Both the position numbers and the translations under genes were made by a program. Source: Alphaproteobacteria bacterium (GTDB lineage: Bacteria > Pseudomonadota > Alphaproteobacteria > JAAXGF01). Taken from it: 64,000 bases of DNA. This document shows, piece by piece, positions 50,440 through 61,641 of this stretch. Each line of letters opens with the position of its first letter. Positions within the stretch are counted from its first letter, which is position 1. Location of the stretch: positions 3,456,001 to 3,520,000 of the forward strand of contig CAUVXB020000002.1 of the NCBI GenBank assembly GCA_963555825.3, in the 5' to 3' direction. The notes under the pieces were generated by a model. That model worked only from the letters and a program-made list of their open reading frames with translations, had not been told where the DNA came from and ran no database searches.

Positions 50440-50864
50440 TTGTCAGCCGATCTCCAGGTGGCTTTGCATCAGTAAACCTACAGCCGCAGCCTCATCACAA
50501 CAAACCATGACTCCAAGCGTGAAGATTAGTTGAGCTAAACTATCTCGGGGGAGCCAGTTTTCTGCTTTGTTGAGGGATCGTGATTCGATGGAAACCGATT
50601 TCGGGTGATGATTCGCCTCGGGCGGGCCTATATGAACATGTCCTCGTATGGCTACTTTCGCCCTAACCGATGGCCGGTGGCAGATGACCGGTCTGGGATC
50701 CAAAAGCCGACGTTCTGTTCGCCGATCAAGAAAGACCGAGTTGGGTCGACTCCGGCCTTTGGCCGGGCCGAGCCCGTCGAGGGCGGCGCGAAAGGGCGCC
50801 GAACAGCGGCCCCCGGGCAAGCGCGGACGCGCCGCCTGAGCGCCTGTTTTCGGCGCAAAAGCCG

Positions 50865-50892
50865 TTGACAGGCGCAAAGCCGTGGGTATAGT
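50865..50892 (+). promoter_or_regulatory. sigma70 promoter of rplU-rpmA
   Basis: TTGACA-16 bp-TATAGT. Confidence 0.7.
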
Positions 50893-50953
50893 CGCGGCTC
50901 TCCACCCAAGGACGGTTGGCGTTGACTTTATCCGGCTCAGGCGGGCAGGTTCG

Positions 50954-51520
50954 ATGTATGCAGTGATCAGCACTGGCGGCAAGCAATACAAGGTCGCCGC
51001 GAACGACGTGATCAGCGTCGAAAAGCTCCCCGGCGAGACCGGCGAGACGATCGGTTTCGACGACGTGCTGATGGTCGGCGAGGGCGCCGAGACGACCATC
51101 GGTACGCCGCTCGTCGACGGCGCGCGCGTCGAGGCAACGATCCTCGAGCAAGGGCGCGGCCCCAAGATCATCGTCTTCAAGAAGCTGCGGCGCAAAAATC
51201 ATCGCCGCAAGAAGGGCCACCGCCAGGACCTGACGGTGCTGCGCATCACCGACATCCAAGCCATCGGCGCAAAGGCGGCCAAGAAGCAGGCGGCGCCGGA
51301 GGCCGCGGCGGCACCCGTCGAGGCGGCCGCAACGGAAGAGCCGGCCGCAGCCGAGGCGAAGCCCAAGGCGAAGAAGGCCGCGACCAAGAAGGCACCCGCC
51401 ACGGACGCGGGCGAGACCAAGACGGCGAAGAAGGCGGCGCCCAAGAAGGCCGCGGCCAAGAAGCCGGCGACCAAGAAGGCGGCCAAGCCAGCGGCCACCG
51501 ACGGCGAGGAGACTTCGTAA
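50954..51520 (+). CDS. rplU: 50S ribosomal protein L21 with Lys/Ala-rich C-terminal tail
   Basis: [14 protein letters not shown]...[20 protein letters not shown]. Confidence 0.97.
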   Translation: MYAVISTGGKQYKVAANDVISVEKLPGETGETIGFDDVLMVGEGAETTIGTPLVDGARVEATILEQGRGPKIIVFKKLRRKNHRRKKGHRQDLTVLRITDIQAIGAKAAKKQAAPEAAAAPVEAAATEEPAAAEAKPKAKKAATKKAPATDAGETKTAKKAAPKKAAAKKPATKKAAKPAATDGEETS

Positions 51521-51777
51521 TGGCTCACAAGAAATCAGGCGGCAGCTCGCGCAACGGGCGCGACACCGCGGGGCGCCGGCTGGGCGTCAAGAAGTACGGC
51601 GGCGAGGCGGTCATCGCCGGCAACATCATCATCCGCCAACGCGGCACCAAGTATCATCCGGGCACTGGCGTCGGCATCGGCCGCGACCACACGATCTTCG
51701 CGCTGATCGACGGCCATGTCGCGTTCCGCCGGCGCGCCGGCGACCGTCCGGTCGTCTCGGTGGTCCCGCCGAGCTAA
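51520..51777 (+). CDS. rpmA: 50S ribosomal protein L27
   Basis: [29 protein letters not shown]. Confidence 0.98.
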   Translation: MAHKKSGGSSRNGRDTAGRRLGVKKYGGEAVIAGNIIIRQRGTKYHPGTGVGIGRDHTIFALIDGHVAFRRRAGDRPVVSVVPPS

Positions 51778-52048
51778 GCCCGGAGTTCTCACTATGGACA
51801 GGCGCGTCATCGCGTCGGGCGGTCGCCGATCCGCCAGGAGAAGGCCGCCGCGCGTGGCCTGGGCCACGGTCAAGGCCTTCGACGCCGCGGGCGGCCCGCC
51901 CGGCGCGACCCGCAGGGCGGCGGATCTCGGACGACAGGCCGCGTCAAAGCGCTTGCCCGATGCGACAGCATCGCGCCGCGCGCTTTTCCTAGCCTGTCGT
52001 GCGATATCCGCCGTGCCGCACCTGTCCATAGTGAGAATTCCGGGCTAG
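51775..52048. mobile_element. ~270-bp MITE at the rpmA stop codon
   Basis: IRs AGCCCGGAGTTCTCACTATGGACAGG / CCTGTCCATAGTGAGAATTCCGGGCT. Confidence 0.85.
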
Positions 52049-52125
52049 ACACCCGATAGTCATGTGATTGTCGGGGGAATGGTTGTTCATTCCCCCTTTT
52101 TCTTTTTCGCCATGACGAGGCGTCG

Positions 52126-53156
<1,031 letters not shown>

Positions 53157-53160
<4 letters not shown>

Positions 53161-54275
53161 GCGAGCGCCTGTCCGGCGCGCGGCGCGTCGTCGTCAAGAT
53201 CGGTTCGGCGCTGCTGGTCGAGCCCGCGACTGGCGCGCTGCGCCGCGACTGGCTCGACGCGCTGGCCGACGACATCGCGGCGATGCGCAAGCGCGGCCAG
53301 GAGGTCGTAATCGTCTCGTCGGGCGCCATCGCGCTCGGCCGCCGCCGCCTCGGCCTGACCAGCCAGCGCAGCCTGCGCCTCGAGGAGAGCCAGGCCGCCG
53401 CGGCCTGCGGCCAGATCCACCTGGCGCACGCCTACGAGGCGACCCTGGCACGCCATGACGCCGCCGCCGCCCTGGTGCTGGTGACGCTCGGCGACACCGA
53501 GGAGCGGCGCCGTTACCTCAACTTCCGCTCGACCATCGACCAGCTGCTGCGTGTCGCCGCGGTGCCCGTGATCAACGAAAACGACACCGTGGCGACGGCG
53601 CAGATCCGCTACGGCGACAACGACCGCCTGGCGGCCAAGATCGCCCAGATGGTCAGCGCCGACGCGTTGGTGCTGTTGTCCGACGTCGACGGGCTCTATA
53701 CCGCCGATCCACGCCTCGACGCGGCCGCCGCGTGGGTCCCAGAGATCGCCGAACTGACGCCCGCGATCGAGGCCATGGCGGGCCGCCCCAACCCCGACGT
53801 CGGTTCGGGCGGCATGGTCACCAAGCTGGCCGCCGCGCGCATCGCCATGGCGGCCGGCTGCCACATGGTCGTCGCCGACGGCAAGCCCTTGAACCCGCTG
53901 GCCGCCATCGAGGCCGGCGCGCGCTGCAGCTGGTTCATCGCCCACGCCAACCCGCGCGCGCTGCGAAAGCAGTGGATCGCGGCCAGCCTGAAGCCGGCCG
54001 GCAACCTGGTCATCGACGCCGGCGCGGTGGCCGCGCTGGGCCGAGGCAAGAGCCTGCTGCCGGCCGGCGTCGTCGCGGTCGAGGGCGAGTTCGGCCGAGG
54101 CGACGCGCTCAGCGTCGTCGGCCCCGACGGCGCCGAGCTGGCGCGCGGCCTGAGCGCCTATTCGGCGGCCGACGCGCGCCGCATCGCGGGCCACAAAAGC
54201 AGTGAATTCACCGCCCTGCTGGGCTACCGTGGGCGCGAGGAAGCGATCCACCGCGACGATTTGGCGCTTCTTTAG
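53157..54275 (+). CDS. proB: Glutamate 5-kinase
   Basis: [36 protein letters not shown] and a PUA domain. Confidence 0.96.
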
Positions 54276-54288
54276 AGGAACCGGGATC

Positions 54289-55572
54289 ATGACAGCGCTG
54301 CAATCGGTCGAGAGCGACGACCTGCGTGCCGAGATGGCCGCCATCGGCGCCGCCGCGCGCGACGCCGCGGCAGTGCTGGCGACCACGCCGCGCGATGCCA
54401 AGGACGCCGCGCTCGGCGCCGCCTCGGCCGAGATTCGCGCATCCGCCGACAACCTGCTCGCGGCCAACGCCAAGGACATGGCCGCGGCGCGCGACAAAGG
54501 GCTGAGCGGCGCCTTGCTCGACCGCCTCGCCCTCACACCCGAACGCATCGAAGCGATGGCCACCGGCCTCGAAGACATCGCCCAACTCGACGACCCGGTC
54601 GGCGTCGTCATCGACAGCTGGACGCGGCCCAACGGGCTGGCCATCGAGCGCGTGCGCACGCCCTTGGGCGTCATCGGCGTGATCTACGAATCGCGACCCA
54701 ACGTCACCGCCGACGCTGGCGCGCTGTGCCTGAAAGCGGGCAACGCGGTGATCCTGCGCGGCGGCTCGGAGAGCTTCCATTCGTCGGGCGCGATTGGCCA
54801 ATGCCTCGCGAACGGCCTCGCCGCCGCCGGATTGCCTCTCGGCGCCATCCAGGTGGTGCCGACACGCGACCGCGCCGCGGTCGGCGAGATGCTGCGCATG
54901 GCCGACGTCATCGACGTCATCGTGCCGCGCGGCGGCCGCGGCCTGATCGAGCGGGTGCGCGCCGAAAGCCGCATCCCGGTGTTCAGCCATCTCGATGGGC
55001 TGTGTCACACGTATGTCCACGAGGCCGCCGACGCGCAGATGGCGCGAAATATCGTCGTCAACGCCAAGATGCGGCGCACCGGCATCTGCGGCGCGACCGA
55101 GACGCTGCTGATCGACCGGGCGGTCGCCGTCGAGCAATTGCCGGGAATTCTGGACGCGCTGATCGAGGCCGGCTGCGAGGTGCGCGGCGACGCCGAGACC
55201 CAAGCGATCGATGCCCGCGTCGCGCCGGCGAGCGCGGCGGATTGGGATACCGAGTATCTCGACGCCATCCTGTCGATCAAGGTGACCGACGATATCGACG
55301 ACGCGATCGACCACATCGCGCGCCACGGCTCGCACCACACCGAGGCGATCGTGACCGAGGATGCGGCCGCCGCCGAGCGCTTTATCGCGCGGCTCGACAG
55401 CGGCATCATCCTGCACAACGCCTCGACCCAATACGCCGACGGCGGCGAGTTCGGCATGGGCGCCGAGATCGGCATCTCGACGGGCAAGCTGCACGCCCGC
55501 GGACCCGTAGGCGTCGAGCAGCTGACGAGCTACAAATACATCGTCCGCGGCGCCGGCCAAGTCCGCCCCTGA
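54289..55572 (+). CDS. proA: Gamma-glutamyl phosphate reductase
   Basis: [45 protein letters not shown]. Confidence 0.97.
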   Translation: MTALQSVESDDLRAEMAAIGAAARDAAAVLATTPRDAKDAALGAASAEIRASADNLLAANAKDMAAARDKGLSGALLDRLALTPERIEAMATGLEDIAQLDDPVGVVIDSWTRPNGLAIERVRTPLGVIGVIYESRPNVTADAGALCLKAGNAVILRGGSESFHSSGAIGQCLANGLAAAGLPLGAIQVVPTRDRAAVGEMLRMADVIDVIVPRGGRGLIERVRAESRIPVFSHLDGLCHTYVHEAADAQMARNIVVNAKMRRTGICGATETLLIDRAVAVEQLPGILDALIEAGCEVRGDAETQAIDARVAPASAADWDTEYLDAILSIKVTDDIDDAIDHIARHGSHHTEAIVTEDAAAAERFIARLDSGIILHNASTQYADGGEFGMGAEIGISTGKLHARGPVGVEQLTSYKYIVRGAGQVRP

Positions 55573-55673
55573 GTGGACGTCAACCCTTTCGTGCTCTCGC
55601 GTGCCATTTGACAATCGGACTCCGGCGCGATTCCATGTCCCCGAAGTTTCCGTCGCAACAAACGTGACTCCCA

Positions 55674-58600
55674 GTGGCTACCCTGCTTGAAGCCTATCTC
55701 GGCAAGATTAAGCAGATTCGCTCGCTCGGCGCGGCGACCGAAGAGCTGACCTACTACGAGGCGCTCCAAGAGACGCTCAATACCCTCGGCAGCAAATGCA
55801 AACCAAAAGTGTTCTGCATCGGCCAGCTCAAGGACATGGGAGCGGGACACCCCGATTTCGGCCTCTACACGGCCAATCAGCTCCGCAAGGCGACGTTACG
55901 CGACCCGGTACCGGATCAACTGCCCGAGCGGGGCGTCATCGAAGTCAAGGGTGTGAATGAATCGGTCGGGCTCGTCGGCGAGACCGCGCAAATCGGCAAG
56001 TACTGGGAACGTTACGGCCTGGTGCTGATCACCAACTATCGCTCGTTCCGCCTGATCGGCCGCGACGCGCGGGGTCAGCGCGTCGAACTGGAATACTTCC
56101 GCCTAGCAGAGTCGCCGGATGCGTTCTGGGAGATGGTGGCGACCCCGCGCAAGACCGCCGCGAGCGTCGCGCTGCAATTCGAGGAATTCCTCAAACGTAT
56201 CTTGTTGCACAATGCGCGCTTGAGCCAGCCGCGGGACGTCGCGTGGTTTCTCGCGTCCTACGCCCGCGACGCGCTGGCGCGTCTCGACGACGCCGGCGAC
56301 ATGGAGGCCCTCGATCTCTTGCGCTCATCCTTGGAAGAAGCGCTCGGCATGACCTTCGAGGCCGACAAGGGCCGCCACTTCTTCCTCTCGACCCTCGTGC
56401 AGACTCTGTTCTATGGCCTGTTCTCGGCCTGGGTGCTGTGGTGCAAGCAGCACGCCGGCGATCCCGAGAAGCGCAAGGGCTTCGACTATCGCAGCGCCCA
56501 CTGGCACATGCGCCTGCCGGTCCTGCGCGCACTCTTCGAACAGGTCAACTCGCCCGCCAAGCTCGGCCCCCTGAAGCTCGACCAGATCATGGAGTGGGCG
56601 GTGATCACACTCCACCGCGTCGATGAAGCCGCCTTCTTCTCGCATTTTCGCGAGGAAGAGGCCGTCTTGTACTTTTACGAACCCTTCCTGGAAGCCTTCG
56701 ATCCGACGCTGCGCAAGCAGCTCGGCGTCTGGTACACGCCGCCCGAGGTCGTCGAGTACATGGTCGAGCGCGTCGACACGGTGTTGCGCACCGAACTCGA
56801 CATCGCCGACGGCCTCGCCGACCCGAGCGTCTACGTGCTCGATCCCTGCTGCGGCACCGGCTCGTACCTGGTCGCCGTGCTCAAGCGCATCGAGCGGACG
56901 CTGCGCGCCAAGGGCGAGGATGCGCTGATCGGCGCCGACATCAAGGCCGCGGCGCTCGACCGGGTCTTCGGCTTCGAGTTGCTGCCTGCGCCCCTCGTCG
57001 TCGCGCATCTGCAACTCAACCTGCTGCTCGAAGGGCTGGGCGTCGAGCTCGGTAAGCGCTTCGCACGCGGCACCGAAGAGGTCGAACGCGCCGCCGTGTA
57101 CCTGACCAACGCGCTGACCGGCTGGCAGTCTCCCGAAGAGCGCGACCATCATCTGCCGCTCCCCGAACTCGAGAACGAGATGGACCGGGCGGGAGAGGTC
57201 AAGGAGCAGAAGCCGGTCCCCGTGGTGCTCGGCAACCCGCCGTATTACGGATACGCGGGCATGGCCGTCGCCGAGGAACGCGATCTGAGCACCGCCTATC
57301 GCACCGTCAAGCGTGTCCGGCCCCCCGAGGGACAAGGCCTCAACGACCTCTACGTCCGCTTCTTCCGCATGGCCGAGCGGCGCATCGTCGAACGCACCGG
57401 CCGCGGAGTCGTCTGCTTCATCTCGAACTATTCATGGCTCGACGGACTGTCGTTCACGGGTATGCGCGAGCGCTACCTCGAAGCCTTCGACCGAATCTGG
57501 ATCGACTGTCTCAACGGCGACAAGTACAAGACCGGCAAGCTGACGCCCGACGGCGCATCCGACCCCAGCATCTTCTCGACTGAACGCAACCCCGCAGGTA
57601 TCCAAGTCGGCACCGCGATCGCATTGATGGTCCGAAAGGAAGACCACGCGCCGAGCGACAGCGTCCACTTCCGCCACCTGTGGGGCAAGGAAAAGCGTGC
57701 CGAACTGCGCGCCACCGCAGAGCAGAAAGACCACACGCTCTACGAGACAGTGACGCCGCCGATCGAGTTGGGCCTCCCGGTCATGCCGACACGCGTCGCG
57801 CCCGACTACCTCGACTGGCCCCTCCTGCCCCAGTTGTTCCCGGTCTCGTTTCCCGGCGTCAAGACCAGCCGCGACCAGGCCCTCGTCGACATTGACCGCG
57901 CCCGGCTCGAACAACGCATGTCGCTCTACTTCGATCCCAACATGACCGACGAGCAGGTTGCTAAGTTTGAGTCGGACCCGATTTCCTTGGACACAGAATT
58001 GGCTTAATCGAAGTGTCCAAGGAGGACCGGAACATGACCGACAATTTTGAGAACAAAGTTGCTGTTGATGGGCCTGTGGTAAACGAGGGCGAGCTTGGCT
58101 CGTCCACGTTTTCCCCGGGCCAGGTTTCGCCGGCAGGCCCGCTGGGACTTGGCCAGCGGTGGACGGTGACGCGCAAGCGTGAGGTTGCCCTGCGGCTTTT
58201 GCGTGGCGAGCCGGTGGAACTTTTGTCGCGGCAGTTGGGCGTGGAGATTTTCCGGCTCGAGCAGTGGCGTGAGAAGGCGATCGCCGGGATCGATGCCTCG
58301 CTCAAGGAACGCAAGGGCGATCCGGTGAAGGCGGAACTGGACATCGCCATGAAGCGGATCGGGGAGTTGATCATGCAGGTGGAACTGCTGGAGGCCAAGA
58401 CGGAGACGTCCGGCCCTTTGGGGCGGCGGAGGTCGCGGCGATGAGTGCCGCCACCTCTCCCGGCACGGGTTTGGCCTACGGCCTCCAGCGGGTCTGTGCG
58501 GCCTGGGGTTTTGCCCGTTCCTCGTTCTACGCCATGAAATCCCGGCAGCAGGCCACCGCTGAGCGCCCACCAGCAAAGCGCCGGGGACCGAAGCCCTCGA

Positions 58601-60533
58601 TCTCGGACGAGGCTCTGCTGGTGGCCATCGAGGCCGACCTGGAGGCATCCCCCTGGGAGGGCGAGGGACACCGCAAGGTCTGGGCTCGGCTTCGGGTCTG
58701 TCGTGGCATCCGTGTTTCCCGCAAGCGGGGGCTCCGGGTGATGCGCGAGAACAACCTGCTCTCGCCCCATCGCTGCCGCCGCCGTGGCGGAAATCCCCAT
58801 GTCGGTGAGATCATCACCCATGCCCCCAACCTCATGTGGGGCACGGACGGCGTTCGGGTGTTCACGGTGGACGACGGCTGGGGCTGGATATTCACCGCCA
58901 TCGAGCATTGGAACGCCGAGTGCGTCGGCTGGCATGTGTGCAAGCGAGGCGACCGCTTCGCCGCCCTTCAGCCGATCTCCATGGGGCTTGCGAGGCTGTA
59001 TGCCTCGACCTCCGCCGGTGCGGCGCGGGGGCTGGCCTTGCGGATGGATCACGGCTCCCAGTATCTGTCGGACCACTTCACCAACCAGATCAAGTTCTGG
59101 GGCATCCAGCCGTCCTACGCCTTCGTCGAACAGCCCCAGACCAACGGCGTCGCCGAGAGGTTCAATCGCACGCTCAAGGAACAGATCATCCATGGCCGCA
59201 TCTACCGCAACATCGCGGAGCTGCGGAACGCCGTCCGCGGGTTCGTCGAACAGTACAATGCCCAGTGGATCGTGGAGAAGAACGGCTACCTGAGCCCCGC
59301 TCAAGCTCGTCAGGCGTGGCACACCGCGATGTCACTCAGGCCCGCCGCATGAGACAAACTTGTGTCCAAGGAACCGGGTGCGATACACAGGTTGCTAAGT
59401 TCGACCCGGCGCTGATGACCGATACGGCGCGATTTGATGCAAAAAAGACTCGAGAATTTCTAATTCGTCGCGGCTTTCGCCCTGACGGCATTGTCCGATA
59501 TTGCTATCGGCCCTTCGATCAAAGATGGCTTTACTGGGAACCGGAGACAAGATTGCTGGACAGGAACCGGGCGAATTACATCCCTCACGTCGACCAAAAG
59601 CACCCTTGGATCGAGGCTCGGGGAAGGCAGATAAAGGGAAACTTCGACAGAGGTTATCTGGTTCGTGTGCTAGCAGATAATTTCGGAAATGGGTTATCGA
59701 GCTATTTTCCTCTTTACCTGAAGCGAAATGCGGGAAGCGGACTTTTACTGCAGAGCGACGAGCTCGAACCGAACCTCTCACCAAATGCCACGGACTATTT
59801 GGAAACGGCCGACGCGAATGAACAAGACCTCTTCTATCATGCGCTCGCCACGCTAAACACTCCAGCCTATCGAACTGACAATGCGGGTGCATTACGTCAG
59901 GATTGGCCCAGGGTGACGTTACCGGCGTCGACGGATGCGCTTCTGCAATCGGCCGAGTTGGGGCGCGAGCTGGCGGATTTACTCGACCCGGGCGCGGCCG
60001 CGGACGGCGTGTCCTCGGGAGCGATCCGCGCGGAGATCAAGGCGATCGGCGCGGCGGCCCGCGTCGGCGGCGGCCAGCTTTCCGAGAAGGACCTGAAGCT
60101 CGCCGCGCGCTGGGGATACGCGGGCCAGAACGACGTCACCATGCCGGGGCCTGGCGATGCACGCGAGCGCGACTACGATGACGAGGAGCGCAAGGCGATC
60201 GCCCGAGGCGCCACAGCGCTCGGCATGGCGCCGGACGAGGCGTTGGCGCTGCTCGGCGAGACGACCTACGACGTTCATCTCAACGACACGGCGTATTGGG
60301 GCAACGTGCCGGCGCGCGTGTGGCGCTACACCCTCGGCGGTTATCAAGTCATCAAGAAGTGGCTGTCCTACCGCGAGTTCGACCTGTTGGGCCGGCCGCT
60401 GCGCACCGAGGAAGTGCGCGAAGTGACCGGCATCGCCCGCCGCATCGCCGCGATCCTGCTCATGGCGCCGGCGCTCGACGCCAGCTATCGCGCGGTTTGC
60501 CAGGATACCTACGCGTGGCCGCGCGACAATTAA
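55674..60533 (+). pseudogene. Single-polypeptide restriction-modification enzyme (Type IIG/IIL-like: nuclease + N6-adenine MTase + Type ISP-like specificity C-terminus), split by IS
   Basis: PD...IEVK nuclease motif, GVWYTP, VLDPCCGTGS, GNPPY, VRYCYRPFD and YTLGGYQVIKKWL. 55674-57967 plus 59402-60533 rejoin in frame (1141 aa). Confidence 0.88.
57968..59387 (+). mobile_element. IS3-like two-ORF element (intact copy 2): orfA 58013-58444, orfB 58441-59352; 14-bp TSD
   Basis: Ends TGAGTCGGACCCGATTTCCTTGGACAC / GTGTCCAAGGAACCGGGTGCGATACA and TSD CAGGTTGCTAAGTT. Motifs WGTD, DHGSQY, NGVAERFNRTLKE. Confidence 0.92.
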
Positions 60534-61153
60534 AGCCGCCCGTCGCGCCCAGGCGCCGCCGCCGCGTCGGTCTGCTCGGCGGGTCGTTCAATCCGGCGCA
60601 TGACGGGCACCGCTACGTCTCTCTCTTGGCGCTCAAGCGCCTCGCGCTCGACGAGGTGTGGTGGCTGGTGTCGCCGCAAAACCCGCTCAAACCGAGCGCC
60701 GGCATGGCCGAGCTGGCGAGCCGGCTCGACGGCGCGCGCGCCGTCGCCCGGCACCGGCGCATCCGCGTCACCGACATCGAGCGCCGGCTCGGCACCCGCT
60801 ATACCGCCGATACGCTCGCCGCGTTGGGCCACCGCTTTCCGCGCCACGCCTTCGTCTGGCTGATGGGCGCCGACAACCTGGCGCAGATCGAACAGTGGAA
60901 AGACTGGCCGAAAATCTTTACCAGCGCACCCATTGCCGTCATCGACCGGTCGACCTATTCTTATAGTGCGTTGGCGGGAAAGGCGGCGCGCCGCTTCCGG
61001 CGGGCCCGCCTCGATGCACGACGGGCGACATCGCTCGCCGTCACCGAGCCGCCGGCGTGGGTATTTATTCGCGGCAAGCCGCACCCCGCCTCGGCGACGG
61101 GCATACGCGATGCGCGCGCAGGGCAAAGGAACGGCGCCGACGGCGCAAACTGA
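60515..61153 (+). CDS. nadD: Nicotinate-nucleotide adenylyltransferase (start uncertain, GTG)
   Basis: GLLGGSFNPAHDGH, VWWLVSPQNPLK, WLMGADNL. Confidence 0.93.
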   Translation: MAARQLKPPVAPRRRRRVGLLGGSFNPAHDGHRYVSLLALKRLALDEVWWLVSPQNPLKPSAGMAELASRLDGARAVARHRRIRVTDIERRLGTRYTADTLAALGHRFPRHAFVWLMGADNLAQIEQWKDWPKIFTSAPIAVIDRSTYSYSALAGKAARRFRRARLDARRATSLAVTEPPAWVFIRGKPHPASATGIRDARAGQRNGADGAN

Positions 61154-61164
61154 GGGAGACGAGC

Positions 61165-61566
61165 ATAGCCAAGTCACGCAAAACAGCCGCCAAGAGCGAC
61201 GCGGCGATCCCATCGGCGACCCTGCTGGATCTGATCAATACGACGCTCGACGACGGCAAGGCCGAAGACATCATCGTCATGGACGTCGCCGACAAGACGA
61301 CCATTTCGGATTTCATGGTCATCGCCAGCGGCCGTTCCCAGCGCCAGGTCGCATCGCTCGCCGAAAACCTCATCGTCAACCTCAAGCACGCCGGCTTCGG
61401 CACGCCGGGCGTCGAAGGCCGCGCGCGCGCCGACTGGGTGCTGATCGATGCGGGCGACGTCATCGTGCACCTGTTCCGCCCCGAGATCCGCACCTTCTAC
61501 AACCTCGAGAAAATGTGGGCGGTGGCGCCGGACGAGGCCGAGCACAGCGCGGCCGCCAGCGTCTGA
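61165..61566 (+). CDS. rsfS: Ribosome silencing factor (start uncertain)
   Basis: LDDGKAEDI, MVIASGRS.RQV, DWVLIDAGDVIVHLFRPE.R.FYNLEKMW. Confidence 0.93.
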   Translation: MAKSRKTAAKSDAAIPSATLLDLINTTLDDGKAEDIIVMDVADKTTISDFMVIASGRSQRQVASLAENLIVNLKHAGFGTPGVEGRARADWVLIDAGDVIVHLFRPEIRTFYNLEKMWAVAPDEAEHSAAASV

Positions 61567-61641
61567 CGACGCCTTGCGCGCCCGACGACAGCCCTTCGGG
61601 GCGCTATCCGCCGCTCCCCGTTGCTGTTATATAACCGCCGC

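Noticed and set aside
58836-60533. 565-aa ORF as an independent gene
   Set aside because: The N-terminal part is off-frame IS sequence and the remainder is the C-terminal half of the interrupted RM gene.
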